In this document: in pieces, positions 9,576 through 18,798 of the stretch
How positions within the stretch are numbered: position 1 is the first letter of the stretch
Layout: each line of letters begins with the position of its first letter
Assembly (NCBI GenBank): GCA_041694815.1
Contig: JBGFSC010000033.1
Location: 32,001 to 96,000 of the forward strand
Length of the DNA: 64,000 nt
Direction: 5' to 3'
Origin: Elusimicrobiota bacterium
GTDB taxonomy: Bacteria; Elusimicrobiota; Elusimicrobia; UBA1565; JACRDR01
Made by a program: the position numbers and the translations under genes
The notes under the pieces: model-generated
Told to the model about the DNA's origin: nothing
Database searches by the model: none
What the model saw: the letters and a program-made list of their open reading frames with translations, nothing else

Positions 9576-11128
9576 CGATGCTGGAGATGTGGGAGCTCAT
9601 CCCTTCGCCGACCGCCGCCCAGCCCCATCGGCAAACGTTGTGGCTCAAGGGCCAATTGGCGGACGTCAACGCCGTCATCCGCCGTTTGGGCTCGGTTTGC
9701 GGCCGCCCCCGCAAGGGGTCGCGCGGCAAGTTCAATTTCAGTCTCTACCTGCATCCCGACGGCCCGCAGGCCATCGGGAATATCCAGTCGGCCCTACGGG
9801 ACATCACCTCACCGGGCTCCACCGCCGCGACGCCGCCGGTCAAGCCGGCTCCGGCCGCGCCCGCCGAAGCTCCGGAACTCCCCGCGCCCAAGCCGATCGT
9901 TCAGGAAACGCCGAGCGCGACTCCGGCCGCAGCCGCTCCAGCGCCCGCTCCGCAGCCGCTCTTCGGCGCCGCGCTGGAGCCTAATAGCGACTACAATTTC
10001 GAGGCCATGGTGGTGGGTTCCTTCAACCGCTTCTCGCACGCGGCTGCCAACTCGGTGGTCTCCAATCCCGGGACGATGTACAACCCCCTGTTCCTCTTCG
10101 GCAATCCCGGCACGGGCAAGACCCACCTACTGAGCGCCATCGCCCAGGCCTTGCAGCAGCCGGTTTGGCTCAGCAGCGGGCCACGGCTGGCGCGGGCCGT
10201 CGCGCGGGCCGCGCCAGCGGGAAGGATCGGAGAGCTAGAGGAGTTGGCCGAACGCTCGCGGGCCCTGCTCATCGACGACATCCATTTACTCTCGGTCAAC
10301 GAGCACAACCAGGACGGACTGGTGAAGCTGCTGCGCCGTTTCTTTTCGGCCTCCAAACAGGTCGTCATGAGCTCCGCCTACCCCCCGCGCGCGTTGACGG
10401 CCATGGAGCAGGCCCTGGATTTCAAAATCGCTTCGGGCTGGGCGGTCGAAATGAAGGCCTTTGGCCCGGAGGTCCAGCGCGAGATCCTCGCCATGGCCCT
10501 GCAGCGCGCCGGGTTTGCCAACGACGAGGTTGCCGTAACGCAGGTCCTGGGCCATATCGGCGAGGCCTTTTTCGATCTCGGCCGGTGGCTGCGGCGCCTC
10601 AAATCCCTCGCCGCGTTGCGCGCCGCCGCGGGCCAGGCCGCCTCGCTGCACGAGCTGCTGCCCGTCCTTTTCGTGCCCGAGCTGCCGGTGCCGGAGCCCC
10701 TTTCCGACGAGGAGGTCCAGGGCCTTCTCGGGCAGATGCCCCCGGCGCCCGCCGGCGCCGCCCAAGGCGCCGTCTTTTTCCCGAAAGGACGTAGCGCCCA
10801 TGCCGAACTTATGCTGCGCCGTTTGGCCGCCGTGTCCAAGCCCAACGGCTGGCCATTCCCGATCCGCCGGGCGGCGCTGGAGGCCTACGACCCGGACCAG
10901 CTCTTCGGCGTGCCTTTCGAAATAGCCGAGGCCTGTGAAAACGCGCGCGCCGGAGCTGCCCTGGTGTTGGGCCCCGCTCCCGGTTCGGGCCTGGCGGGCC
11001 GGGAGACCGAGCTCGCGCACGCGGTGGGGCATATACTCGAAAGCTTGGGCATACGGTTCGGTTGGATCCCATTTAGCCGAGTCAACGAGCTGGCCCCGTA
11101 TTTTCGCGCGGGGCTCGATCTGAGATGA
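9572..11128 (+). CDS. DnaA/Hda-like AAA+ domain protein (not the replication initiator)
   Basis: YNFEAMVVGSFN, YNPLFLFGNPGTGKTHLL, LLIDDIH; no DnaA domain IV recognisable; start TTG 9572 or ATG 9578. Confidence 0.8.
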   Translation: MTMLEMWELIPSPTAAQPHRQTLWLKGQLADVNAVIRRLGSVCGRPRKGSRGKFNFSLYLHPDGPQAIGNIQSALRDITSPGSTAATPPVKPAPAAPAEAPELPAPKPIVQETPSATPAAAAPAPAPQPLFGAALEPNSDYNFEAMVVGSFNRFSHAAANSVVSNPGTMYNPLFLFGNPGTGKTHLLSAIAQALQQPVWLSSGPRLARAVARAAPAGRIGELEELAERSRALLIDDIHLLSVNEHNQDGLVKLLRRFFSASKQVVMSSAYPPRALTAMEQALDFKIASGWAVEMKAFGPEVQREILAMALQRAGFANDEVAVTQVLGHIGEAFFDLGRWLRRLKSLAALRAAAGQAASLHELLPVLFVPELPVPEPLSDEEVQGLLGQMPPAPAGAAQGAVFFPKGRSAHAELMLRRLAAVSKPNGWPFPIRRAALEAYDPDQLFGVPFEIAEACENARAGAALVLGPAPGSGLAGRETELAHAVGHILESLGIRFGWIPFSRVNELAPYFRAGLDLR

Positions 11129-12492
11129 CCCTGCCCGTGTGGGTGGCCCTACTGCTCTGCGCCGCCTCGGCGGCCGCCGCGGCGCTCGCGGCTCGCCGCG
11201 TTGGCGCGAACGGGGAAGGCGAGAAGAGGCCGAAGGCTCCCGGGATCGCGCTGGAGTCGACGCTGCGCGAGGTTGCCGCCACCATCGCGGCCCGCCCCAG
11301 CCGGCCTTCCGACAGCCTGGGGGCGATCGTCTCGATCATCGCGAAGGCGGTCAGCGCCGACCTGTGCGCTTTTTTGCTCTTCGAGGAGGCCAGCGGGGAG
11401 TTGGTCACGCAGCCCGGGGCCTACGGCCTGTCCTCGGGACAGGAAGGCTCGCTCTATCGCCTCCCGCTCAACAACGATACCTCTTCCTCGGTGCGGGTGT
11501 TTAAGACCGGGTTGTCGTTCTTGACTGGGGACGCTCAAAGCGACCCAAGGGTCATCAGTCATTACGTCAAATTGTGGAAATGCCATTCCCTGATGGTGGT
11601 TCCCTTGACCCTCGAAGGCAAGCGCGTCGGCGTTCTCCGCGTGGGGAGCTTCCAAAAGGACTTTTTTTCCGCCGAGCATCTCCGTTTCGTCGAGCTGCTC
11701 GCGGAGGAGGCGGTCGTCATTCTAGGAGGGGCCCTGCTGACGCAGAAGCTGCGCGAGACCAACCAGCGGCTCGAGGAGCTTAACCGGCTCAAGGATGAGT
11801 TCGTCTCCACGGTAAGCCACGAGTTCAAGACGCCGTTGACCTCCATCAAGGGATTTGCGACCGTCATGCTCGAGGGGTCGCCGGGCCCGATCAACGCCGA
11901 CCAGAGGAAATTCCTGACCATCATCCAGAACGCCTGCGACCGCCTGACGATGCTGGTCTCGGAGCTCCTCGACATCTCACGCCTGGAGGCGGGCGTGCGC
12001 ATGGAAATGCAGGAAGTGTCCTTGGAGGAGATGCTCCGCGTCTCGCAGGAGAACCTCCAATGGCAGGCCGAGAGCCGAGGCATCCGTCTGTCGCTCGAGC
12101 TCCGGGACTCCCTGCCACCCATCCAAGGGGATCCCCGCTGGCTGCGCCAGGTGGTCGACAACCTGCTTTCGAACGCGATCAAGTTCACGCCCAAGGGCGG
12201 CAGCGTCTGTATGCGGGCGTGCCTCCAGGGCGACGCCGTCGAGGTGACCGTCGAGGACACTGGCGTGGGGATCGCGCCGGAGGACCAGCCGCACATCTTC
12301 CAGAAATTCTATCGCGCCCGCAGCCAGGCCCCTTTGAACGCGCCGGGGACGGGGCTGGGCCTGGCGATCGCCAAGACGGTAGTGGAGAAGCACGGCGGGC
12401 GGCTCTGGTTCGATTCGCAGCCCAACCGCGGCTCGAGATTTTACTTTGTCTTGCCGACCGCCGAGGCGGCGGCGCGGATGCAGCGTGTCTAA
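11125..12492 (+). CDS. GAF-domain sensor histidine kinase
   Basis: N-terminal hydrophobic segment, GAF, H-box VSHEFKTPLTSI, N-box NLLSNAIKF, DTGVG, GTGLGL. Confidence 0.92.
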   Translation: MTLPVWVALLLCAASAAAAALAARRVGANGEGEKRPKAPGIALESTLREVAATIAARPSRPSDSLGAIVSIIAKAVSADLCAFLLFEEASGELVTQPGAYGLSSGQEGSLYRLPLNNDTSSSVRVFKTGLSFLTGDAQSDPRVISHYVKLWKCHSLMVVPLTLEGKRVGVLRVGSFQKDFFSAEHLRFVELLAEEAVVILGGALLTQKLRETNQRLEELNRLKDEFVSTVSHEFKTPLTSIKGFATVMLEGSPGPINADQRKFLTIIQNACDRLTMLVSELLDISRLEAGVRMEMQEVSLEEMLRVSQENLQWQAESRGIRLSLELRDSLPPIQGDPRWLRQVVDNLLSNAIKFTPKGGSVCMRACLQGDAVEVTVEDTGVGIAPEDQPHIFQKFYRARSQAPLNAPGTGLGLAIAKTVVEKHGGRLWFDSQPNRGSRFYFVLPTAEAAARMQRV

Positions 12493-12528
12493 CGGTGCCT
12501 GGCACCGACAAATAGGAGGGGGGACTCT

Positions 12529-12981
12529 ATGCGAAAAAACTGGAAGGCAATGGGCTGGGCCTTGGCGTGCGCCGCCCTGGCCGCCGGATGCTACGGCCCG
12601 CAGAGCCGCGTCAAGAAGGGCCAGGTGCAGAACACAATCAACCAGGACCCGAACCGCAACCAATACTTAGAGGCGATCGGCATCGGCGCATCCGATCCGG
12701 CGCTCGCCAGCGACACGCAGCGCAAGGCCCTCGCGCGCGACGCCGCCATCGTCAAGGCGCAGTATGAGATGCTCTCCATGGTCAAGGGCGTCATGCTCCA
12801 GGGAGGGGTGACCGTCCAGCGGGCGATGGAGACCGATTCCACGCTCGAGGCGAAGGTCAATGACGTCATCAAAGGCGCCGAGATACTCAAGAGCGAGTTT
12901 ACCGCCGACAACGGCTGCGTCGTGACGATCCGACTCCCGAAGAAGCGGTTGGAGGAGATGATGGGAGTGAAGTTCAAATGA
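12529..12981 (+). CDS. Lipoprotein, LPP20-like
   Basis: Lipobox LAAGC; EAIGIGA..RKALARDAA..KGAEIL; RBS AGGAGG. Confidence 0.75.
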   Translation: MRKNWKAMGWALACAALAAGCYGPQSRVKKGQVQNTINQDPNRNQYLEAIGIGASDPALASDTQRKALARDAAIVKAQYEMLSMVKGVMLQGGVTVQRAMETDSTLEAKVNDVIKGAEILKSEFTADNGCVVTIRLPKKRLEEMMGVKFK

Positions 12982-14018
12982 GTCGCCTATGGCTGGCCGC
13001 GCTCTTGATCGCGGCCGGTTGCTCGCACGGGCGCCTAAAGCCGGGGCCGGGCGAGCAGGGCGAGGTCATCGAATCCGAGGGATGGTCGCCTTCAGACGGC
13101 GACCTGCTCAAGTCGCGCCAACGAGCGCTGGCGGAGGCGCAGAGGAAGGCGGTCGAACGCGTGGTGGGGGTATTTATTTCCGCCAAGACCCGCGTCGACG
13201 CCGCGGTGCACGTGGATTCCCGGATAATGGCCAATGTCGAGGGGTATATCCGGAAATACGACGTGTTGGAGGAACGAAACGAGGCGGGTTTCTTTAAGAT
13301 GCGCATCCGCGCCCTGGTGCTCTACCGCAAGATCGGCGACGATTTAAGGGAGCTCGGCCTGCTTCGCCCGCCTCCTCCCCCGGGCAATCCGAGGGTGAGC
13401 GTGCTGCTTAAGCCCGACGGCGCTGCGGGATCTGGGAGCCTGGCCGCGCGTGGGGTGCGCACGGCACTCGTGGAGCGTGGGTTCGCGGTGATCGACGGCG
13501 AGGGCGCCTACGACCTCGCGGTGACGGGGGATGCCGACGCGCATCCCATCGAGGACTCCCGCCTGGCGGGATTCCGCTCCTTCCGCGCGCGCGTCTCACT
13601 GCAGGCCAGCAAGATGGGCTCATCGCAGCTCTTGAGCCGCAAGACCCAGGAGGCCTCCGCACTCGACCCCTCACCAGAGGTGGCCCGGGCCAAGGCCCTC
13701 GACGTCGCCGGCGCCATGGCCGGCGAAGCCTTGGCGGCGGAACTCTCGAAGGCGCTGGCCTCGCGCATCGAGGTGCGTCTGCGCATCCATGGGATCAAGG
13801 GGCTCGAGAAGATACGGGCCGTGGCCGAGGATGTGCGGGGCAATCCCGGGGTGGCCGCGGTGACGCTGTCGGCCTATCGGGACGGGATCGCGGAATTACA
13901 GGTGACGACGGAGCGGATCCCGGGCGACGAGCTGGCGGCGCTCATGCTCCGGATGCGATCGCACCGCTTCGCCGCCAGGTCGGTGTCTCCCTATGAGGTC
14001 GAACTGGAGGGGCAATAG
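12978..14018 (+). CDS. Lipoprotein with FlgT-N/LPP20-like domain
   Basis: Lipobox IAAGC; RALAEAQRKAVERVVGVFI...EGYIRKYDVL. Confidence 0.7.
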   Translation: MSRLWLAALLIAAGCSHGRLKPGPGEQGEVIESEGWSPSDGDLLKSRQRALAEAQRKAVERVVGVFISAKTRVDAAVHVDSRIMANVEGYIRKYDVLEERNEAGFFKMRIRALVLYRKIGDDLRELGLLRPPPPPGNPRVSVLLKPDGAAGSGSLAARGVRTALVERGFAVIDGEGAYDLAVTGDADAHPIEDSRLAGFRSFRARVSLQASKMGSSQLLSRKTQEASALDPSPEVARAKALDVAGAMAGEALAAELSKALASRIEVRLRIHGIKGLEKIRAVAEDVRGNPGVAAVTLSAYRDGIAELQVTTERIPGDELAALMLRMRSHRFAARSVSPYEVELEGQ

Positions 14019-14613
14019 CCTTGCCGCCCTGCTCGTGGCGGCCGGCTGCGCTCCGGCGCCGGTGCGTTTCACCTCCGCCAATTTCCACGCGCTGGCTCCG
14101 CCTCGCGTGGCCGTGCTGCCGTTCGACAACTGGAGCGTCGACTTGGTCGGTCCGGCGATGCTCCGGAGCCTATTCGAGGCGCGCCTGCGGGAGCGCGGCT
14201 ACGAGGTGGTCTCTATGGAGGCGGTCGATGCCCGATTGCGGGAGCTGGGCGTCACCCACGGGGGCCAGCTGAAGGCCTTTTCGCCCCAGGCGCTCGGTTC
14301 GGCCCTGGGGGTGGAGGGGCTCATCTACGGGACGGTCGAGGAGTTCGTGATGCAGAACATCGGCTTCATCGCGCGGCGCTGCGTGCGCCTGCACGCCAGA
14401 TTGGTGCATGCCGCCGGCGGCGAGCGGCTCTGGGAGGACACGGGGGAGGGGAATTGGGCCCGGGTAACTTTCGACAAGAAGGAGGCGCAGCGTATCTTCT
14501 TGGAGGGTTGGACCTACCGCGAGATCGAAAATATATTCAGGAATCCCCTTTTACCCGAATCGAAGGCGGCCGTGCAAGACCTCATTTCGCGCCTGCCGAG
14601 GAGGAGTTCATGA
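13993..14613 (+). CDS. DUF799/GNA1162-like lipoprotein
   Basis: Lipobox VAAGC; RVAVLPFDN, RGYEVV, LGVEGLIYGTV. Confidence 0.7.
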   Translation: MRSNWRGNSLAALLVAAGCAPAPVRFTSANFHALAPPRVAVLPFDNWSVDLVGPAMLRSLFEARLRERGYEVVSMEAVDARLRELGVTHGGQLKAFSPQALGSALGVEGLIYGTVEEFVMQNIGFIARRCVRLHARLVHAAGGERLWEDTGEGNWARVTFDKKEAQRIFLEGWTYREIENIFRNPLLPESKAAVQDLISRLPRRSS

Positions 14614-15542
14614 ACAAGCGTTTGTTTTTAGCCGTGATCCTTGGGCTTTCGGCCTGCGGCCCCAGCGCGTCGGTGCATAGGCGCCAGCCCGTTACGGCCA
14701 CGGAGACTCGCGCGCTCGACTCGAAATATACCGGCCCCAAGCGCCGCATCGGCATCGTCGATTTCGAGAACAAGAGCGCCTACGGACAGAACCGGCTGGG
14801 GAGCGCAGCCTCCGACATACTCGTCACCGAGCTGGCCAAGACCGGCAAATTCGTCGTGGTGGAGCGCGATAAGCTGCAGAAAATATTCGACGAGCAGAAA
14901 TTGCAGGCTTCCGGGGCCGTCGACGCCAGGACCGTCGTGCGGGTCGGCAAGATCCTGGGGCTAAACGCCATCGTCACCGGCGCCGTCTCGCAATTCGGCG
15001 TCAAGGAGGAGGGCAGCGACTACCTCCTGGTGGCCTCCAAGCGTCAGGTCGCCGAGGTGACGGTGGACATACGCGTCGTCGACGCGGAGAACGGGCAAGT
15101 GCTCTACGCGGACTCCGGCAAGGGGGTGGGCAAGAGCACCAAGCGCAACGTGCTCGGCCTGGGGGGACGAGGGGGCTACGACGAGACGATAGAGGGCGAG
15201 GCGCTGCGGGCGGCGATCGTGCAGTTTACCGCCAACGTGGTCAGCCAGGTGCACAAGAAGCCCTGGTCCTGCCGGATCGCCGCCGTCAGCGGCGGCCGTC
15301 TCTACCTCAACGCGGGGCCGACGATGGGGCTCGAGAAGGGGGCCTCCTTGGACTGCTTCCACCTGGGCTCGGAGGTCATCGATCCGACGACGGGGCTGGT
15401 GCTGGGCCATGAGGAGGTAGCCTTGGGTCGGGCGGTGGTAGACGGGCCTTTCGGCGACAACGGGGAGGGTTCCGTGGCGCGCCTGGTGCGCCCCAGCGGG
15501 CCGGCCCCGGCGGCGAAGGATATTTGCCGGTTGGCGGAATGA
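14610..15542 (+). CDS. CsgG/HfaB-family lipoprotein
   Basis: Lipobox LSAC; RIGIVDFEN, FVVVERDKL, IVTGAVSQF, VDIRVVDAENG; C-terminal YLNAG domain; ATG at 14610 after RBS GAGGAG. Confidence 0.85.
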   Translation: MNKRLFLAVILGLSACGPSASVHRRQPVTATETRALDSKYTGPKRRIGIVDFENKSAYGQNRLGSAASDILVTELAKTGKFVVVERDKLQKIFDEQKLQASGAVDARTVVRVGKILGLNAIVTGAVSQFGVKEEGSDYLLVASKRQVAEVTVDIRVVDAENGQVLYADSGKGVGKSTKRNVLGLGGRGGYDETIEGEALRAAIVQFTANVVSQVHKKPWSCRIAAVSGGRLYLNAGPTMGLEKGASLDCFHLGSEVIDPTTGLVLGHEEVALGRAVVDGPFGDNGEGSVARLVRPSGPAPAAKDICRLAE

Positions 15543-15724
15543 ACGACAGCTTTTACGCGCTCCATAACAACGGACGCGGCGCCGACCGGAGTGTCGGCGC
15601 CGGACTTCGTCGCGCTTCGCGCGACGAAGTTCGAGGTTTCTCGCGAGTATTCCGCGCGACGAAGCTCTTTAACGACAGCTTTTACGCGCTTTGGGCGCGT
15701 GACTCGGCGCCGAGTTCGGGATTT
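15542..15724. repeat. Intergenic palindromic REP-like repeat cluster
   Basis: 20-bp direct repeat aacgacagcttttacgcgct at 15542 and 15671; hairpin acttcgtcgcgcttcgcgcgacgaagt; 15603-15647 is the exact reverse complement of 23840-23884. Confidence 0.85.
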
Positions 15725-15764
15725 AACAGATGGAACTTATTGGCATGAGAATCGTATATACGGT

Positions 15765-17285
15765 ATGCTCGCCAAGGTCTGGTCCGCGGGGGTCCGCGGC
15801 GTCGACGGCTATCCCGTATCCGTGGAACTCGACATCGCCAACGGCCTGCCGGGCTACACCACCGTCGGCTTGCCGGACAGCGCCGTGCGCGAGTCCCGGG
15901 AACGCGTCCTCAGCGCCTTGCGCAACTCGGGATTCCAATTCCCTCCGCGCCGGGTCACGGTCAACCTGGCGCCGGCGCAGCTGCGCAAGCGCGGCACCCA
16001 GTTCGACCTTCCGGTCGGGCTGGGACTCTTGGCCGCCTCGGGCCAGCTTCCCGCCGGCGACTGGATGCGGCGCTACTGCTTCCTGGGGGAGCTGGCCTTG
16101 GACGGGAGCGTGAGGCCCGTCTCCGGGGTGCTGCCCATGGCCGCGGCGGCCCTTTCGGCCGGGGCCCAGGGGGTGCTGCTCGCGCGCGAGAATTCGGGCG
16201 AGGCGGCGGCCGTGGGGATCAAGAGCTACGGCGTCTGCACCCTGCAGGAGGCAGTGCAATTCGTCGCCGGCGCCTCCGCCCTGCCGCCTGCCCGCGCTCC
16301 CCGGCCCAAGCCCATCCTTCGCGGCGAGGACATCGCGGATGTCCGGGGGCAGAGCCTGGCCAAACGGGCCCTCGAGGTCGCGGCGGCCGGAGGGCATCAC
16401 CTTCTTTTAAGCGGGCCTCCGGGCTCCGGCAAGACCATGCTCGCCCGGCGCCTGCCCGGGCTGCTTCCCCCGTTGAGTCGCGGCGAATCGCTGGAGCTCG
16501 CGAGGATACTTTCGGTACGCGGCGAGGCCGCCAGTCGCTGTTGGCCCTCGGAACGCCCCTTCCGCGCGCCTCACCACGGTGCCACCATGGCGGCGCTCAT
16601 CGGGGGCGGGCCCTACTGCCGGCCGGGCGAGATATCGATGGCGCATCGCGGCGTTTTATTCTTGGACGAGCTGCCGGAATTCAAGCGCGAGGCGCTGGAG
16701 GCGCTCCGCGTTCCCTTGGAAACGCGGCGCGTGCTGGTCTCCCGAATCAAGGAGACCGTCGAATACCCGGCCGATTTCATCCTCGTGGCGGCGCAGAATC
16801 CCTGCCCCTGCGGCTTTCTGGGGCACCCGACGCGCCCCTGCCGCTGCGGCCCGCGCGCGGTGGACGCCTACCGGCGGAGAATTTCGGGGCCCCTGCTTGA
16901 GCGCATTGACCTGCGCATCGAGGTCTCGCCGCTTCCCTTCTCCGATTGGAACGCCGACGGTCCCTGCGCCGGAGCGGAGACTTCGGCGGCGGTGCGCGAG
17001 CGGGTGTCGCGGGCGCGCCGCAGGCAGGCGGCCCGCCTGGGTGAGGGCCGAGACAATGCTTCGCTTGGGCCCGCCGAGCTGCGCCGCCACTGCGCGTTCG
17101 CGGACCGGGGGCGGGCCCTGCTCGAGGCCGCCGCCTCCCGCTGGGGTCTGTCGGCCCGGAGCCTCGACCGGATATTGAAGGTCGCCCGCACCCTGGCGGA
17201 CTTGGCGGACTCGCCGAAGTTGGAGACCCCGCATTTGACCGAGGCGATCGCGTTATGCGCCGAAAACACAGGCACGGAGGTTTGA
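15765..17285 (+). CDS. comM: YifB/ComM Mg-chelatase-like AAA+ ATPase
   Basis: VGLPDSAVRESRERV, VNLAPA, GELALDG, GPPGSGKTM, RPFRAPHH, LFLDELPEF, NPCPCG; ATG at 15765. Confidence 0.93.
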   Translation: MLAKVWSAGVRGVDGYPVSVELDIANGLPGYTTVGLPDSAVRESRERVLSALRNSGFQFPPRRVTVNLAPAQLRKRGTQFDLPVGLGLLAASGQLPAGDWMRRYCFLGELALDGSVRPVSGVLPMAAAALSAGAQGVLLARENSGEAAAVGIKSYGVCTLQEAVQFVAGASALPPARAPRPKPILRGEDIADVRGQSLAKRALEVAAAGGHHLLLSGPPGSGKTMLARRLPGLLPPLSRGESLELARILSVRGEAASRCWPSERPFRAPHHGATMAALIGGGPYCRPGEISMAHRGVLFLDELPEFKREALEALRVPLETRRVLVSRIKETVEYPADFILVAAQNPCPCGFLGHPTRPCRCGPRAVDAYRRRISGPLLERIDLRIEVSPLPFSDWNADGPCAGAETSAAVRERVSRARRRQAARLGEGRDNASLGPAELRRHCAFADRGRALLEAAASRWGLSARSLDRILKVARTLADLADSPKLETPHLTEAIALCAENTGTEV

Positions 17286-17286
17286 G

Positions 17287-18003
17287 ATGATCAACGCGTG
17301 GTTGTTATCCGTTTTACTTTGTAGGGCGGCGTCGGCTGAACGCAGCCATACGGTGGTCGAGAAGGACACGCTGTGGGACCTGGCCTCCCGTTACTACGGC
17401 GACCCGTTCCAGTGGAGGAAGATCTCGGAGGCGAATCCTCCCCCCGAGGTGCGCGACCCGCATTGGATATATCCCGGCCAACGCCTGATCATCCCGGACC
17501 TCGAGGCGGCGGGGCAGCCGCAAGATCAAGCCGAAGAAAAGCCAGAAGCCGAGCCCGCGCCTATCGCCGCCGCTCCGCCGCCGGAGCCGGCCGTAGAGCC
17601 GGCTCCCGCTCCACCCGCTCAGGTGGCGAGCGAATCCATTTCGACGAGATTCCCGGAGGGCCTCGTCGCCCAGCCGCCCTCCAATGTCCGCCTACTCGCC
17701 AAGCCTGGCTGGTCGGCGGATGGGGCCGTCAGCGGCTTCGAAGGGCAGGAATCCATGGCCGCCGAGGGCGATCTCATCGACATCCGTCTCAAGCCAGGGC
17801 TGTCGGCCTCGCCGGGAGAGCGCTTCTTCGTCTTCCGCAAGGCCGCGCCCGGCGAGGCGGACGCCGACAAGAAGGCGACGTATCTAGTTGAGATCGGCAG
17901 GATACGGATCAAGAAGGTCCTGGCCGACGGCGGCTATCGCGCCGTGATACTCAAATCGAACGATTCCCTGCAGATCGCAGACCTCGTCCAGCGAGGGGGG
18001 TAA
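17287..18003 (+). CDS. Secreted LysM-domain protein
   Basis: Signal peptide; HTVVEKDTLWDLASRYYGDPFQW...DPHWIYPGQRLIIP. Confidence 0.88.
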   Translation: MINAWLLSVLLCRAASAERSHTVVEKDTLWDLASRYYGDPFQWRKISEANPPPEVRDPHWIYPGQRLIIPDLEAAGQPQDQAEEKPEAEPAPIAAAPPPEPAVEPAPAPPAQVASESISTRFPEGLVAQPPSNVRLLAKPGWSADGAVSGFEGQESMAAEGDLIDIRLKPGLSASPGERFFVFRKAAPGEADADKKATYLVEIGRIRIKKVLADGGYRAVILKSNDSLQIADLVQRGG

Positions 18004-18007
18004 TGGT

Positions 18008-18406
18008 ATGGAATTCGACGGCTTAAAGAAGCTTCTCTGGTTCTTGGCGATACTCATCGGGCTGGGCCTCTACGTCCGCTCCCATTACGACTTTCAGGAC
18101 GCGCTGCGCTTCTCCAGGCGGCACCCGCACCCGAAACTGTCGCCGGCCGTGGATTATTATTCGGGCATGGCCTATTACCTGCGCGAGGATTACCCGCGCG
18201 CGGTGGACGCCTTCACGCAGCTGCTGACGGACTACCCCACCTCCTACTACGCGCCGCGCGGCCTCTTGAGGCTGGGCAGCAGTCATATGGAGATGCGGCA
18301 ATACCAGCAGGCCCGCGAGGCGTTCGAGAAATACATGGAGGAATTCCCTAATGGCAAGGACAGGGCCTTGGTCGATTCCAAATACGAATTCATCAAGTTC
18401 CGATGA
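18008..18406 (+). CDS. Membrane-anchored TPR protein (BamD/CpoB-like repeats)
   Basis: N-terminal TM; YYSGMAYY...FTQLLTDYP...FEKYMEEFP. Confidence 0.75.
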   Translation: MEFDGLKKLLWFLAILIGLGLYVRSHYDFQDALRFSRRHPHPKLSPAVDYYSGMAYYLREDYPRAVDAFTQLLTDYPTSYYAPRGLLRLGSSHMEMRQYQQAREAFEKYMEEFPNGKDRALVDSKYEFIKFR

Positions 18407-18798
18407 GCCCCGCGCCGCAGCCGCCTTTCGCCGGGCTCGTCCGCGAGCGGATGCGCGAGCGGGGCATCGGCCTTCGTGAGCTCTGCCGCGCCGTGCGCCT
18501 CGACCCCTCCTTCTTCTCCAAGGTGCTCGCTGGCAAGCGCAGCCCTCCCTCCGAGGAGGCCGTGCTTCGCCGCATCGCCGAGGCCCTGGCCATGGACGCC
18601 TCCGCCCTCGTCGTATCCGCCGGCCGCATCCCGATGGAATGGAGCGGCGTATGGAAGGACCCCGGCCTTTTCGAGTCCATGCATCGACTGGCTCTCCGGG
18701 GCGTCCAGGCTCCCGTCCGGCAGGCCGCTTCCTCGTGGTCGACCGGGCCCGAGCGCAAGGTGGCCAAGGCCAAGGCGTTCGGCGACGAATTGCTGTGA
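18403..18798 (+). CDS. XRE-family HTH regulator
   Basis: RERGIGLRELCRAVRLDPSFFSKVLAGKRSPPSEEAVLRRIAEAL. Confidence 0.8.
   Translation: MSPAPQPPFAGLVRERMRERGIGLRELCRAVRLDPSFFSKVLAGKRSPPSEEAVLRRIAEALAMDASALVVSAGRIPMEWSGVWKDPGLFESMHRLALRGVQAPVRQAASSWSTGPERKVAKAKAFGDELL

Noticed and set aside
9572..11128. dnaA and origin of replication
   Set aside because: No domain IV, no dnaN/recF/gyrB neighbours, and no DnaA-box cluster noticed
15542..15724. Possible mini-CRISPR array from the 20-bp direct repeat
   Set aside because: Only two copies, a ~110-bp palindromic spacer, and no cas genes in the window
15591..15764. N-terminal extension of ComM given by the ORF track
   Set aside because: It runs through the palindromic repeat; family similarity begins at MLAKV (15765)
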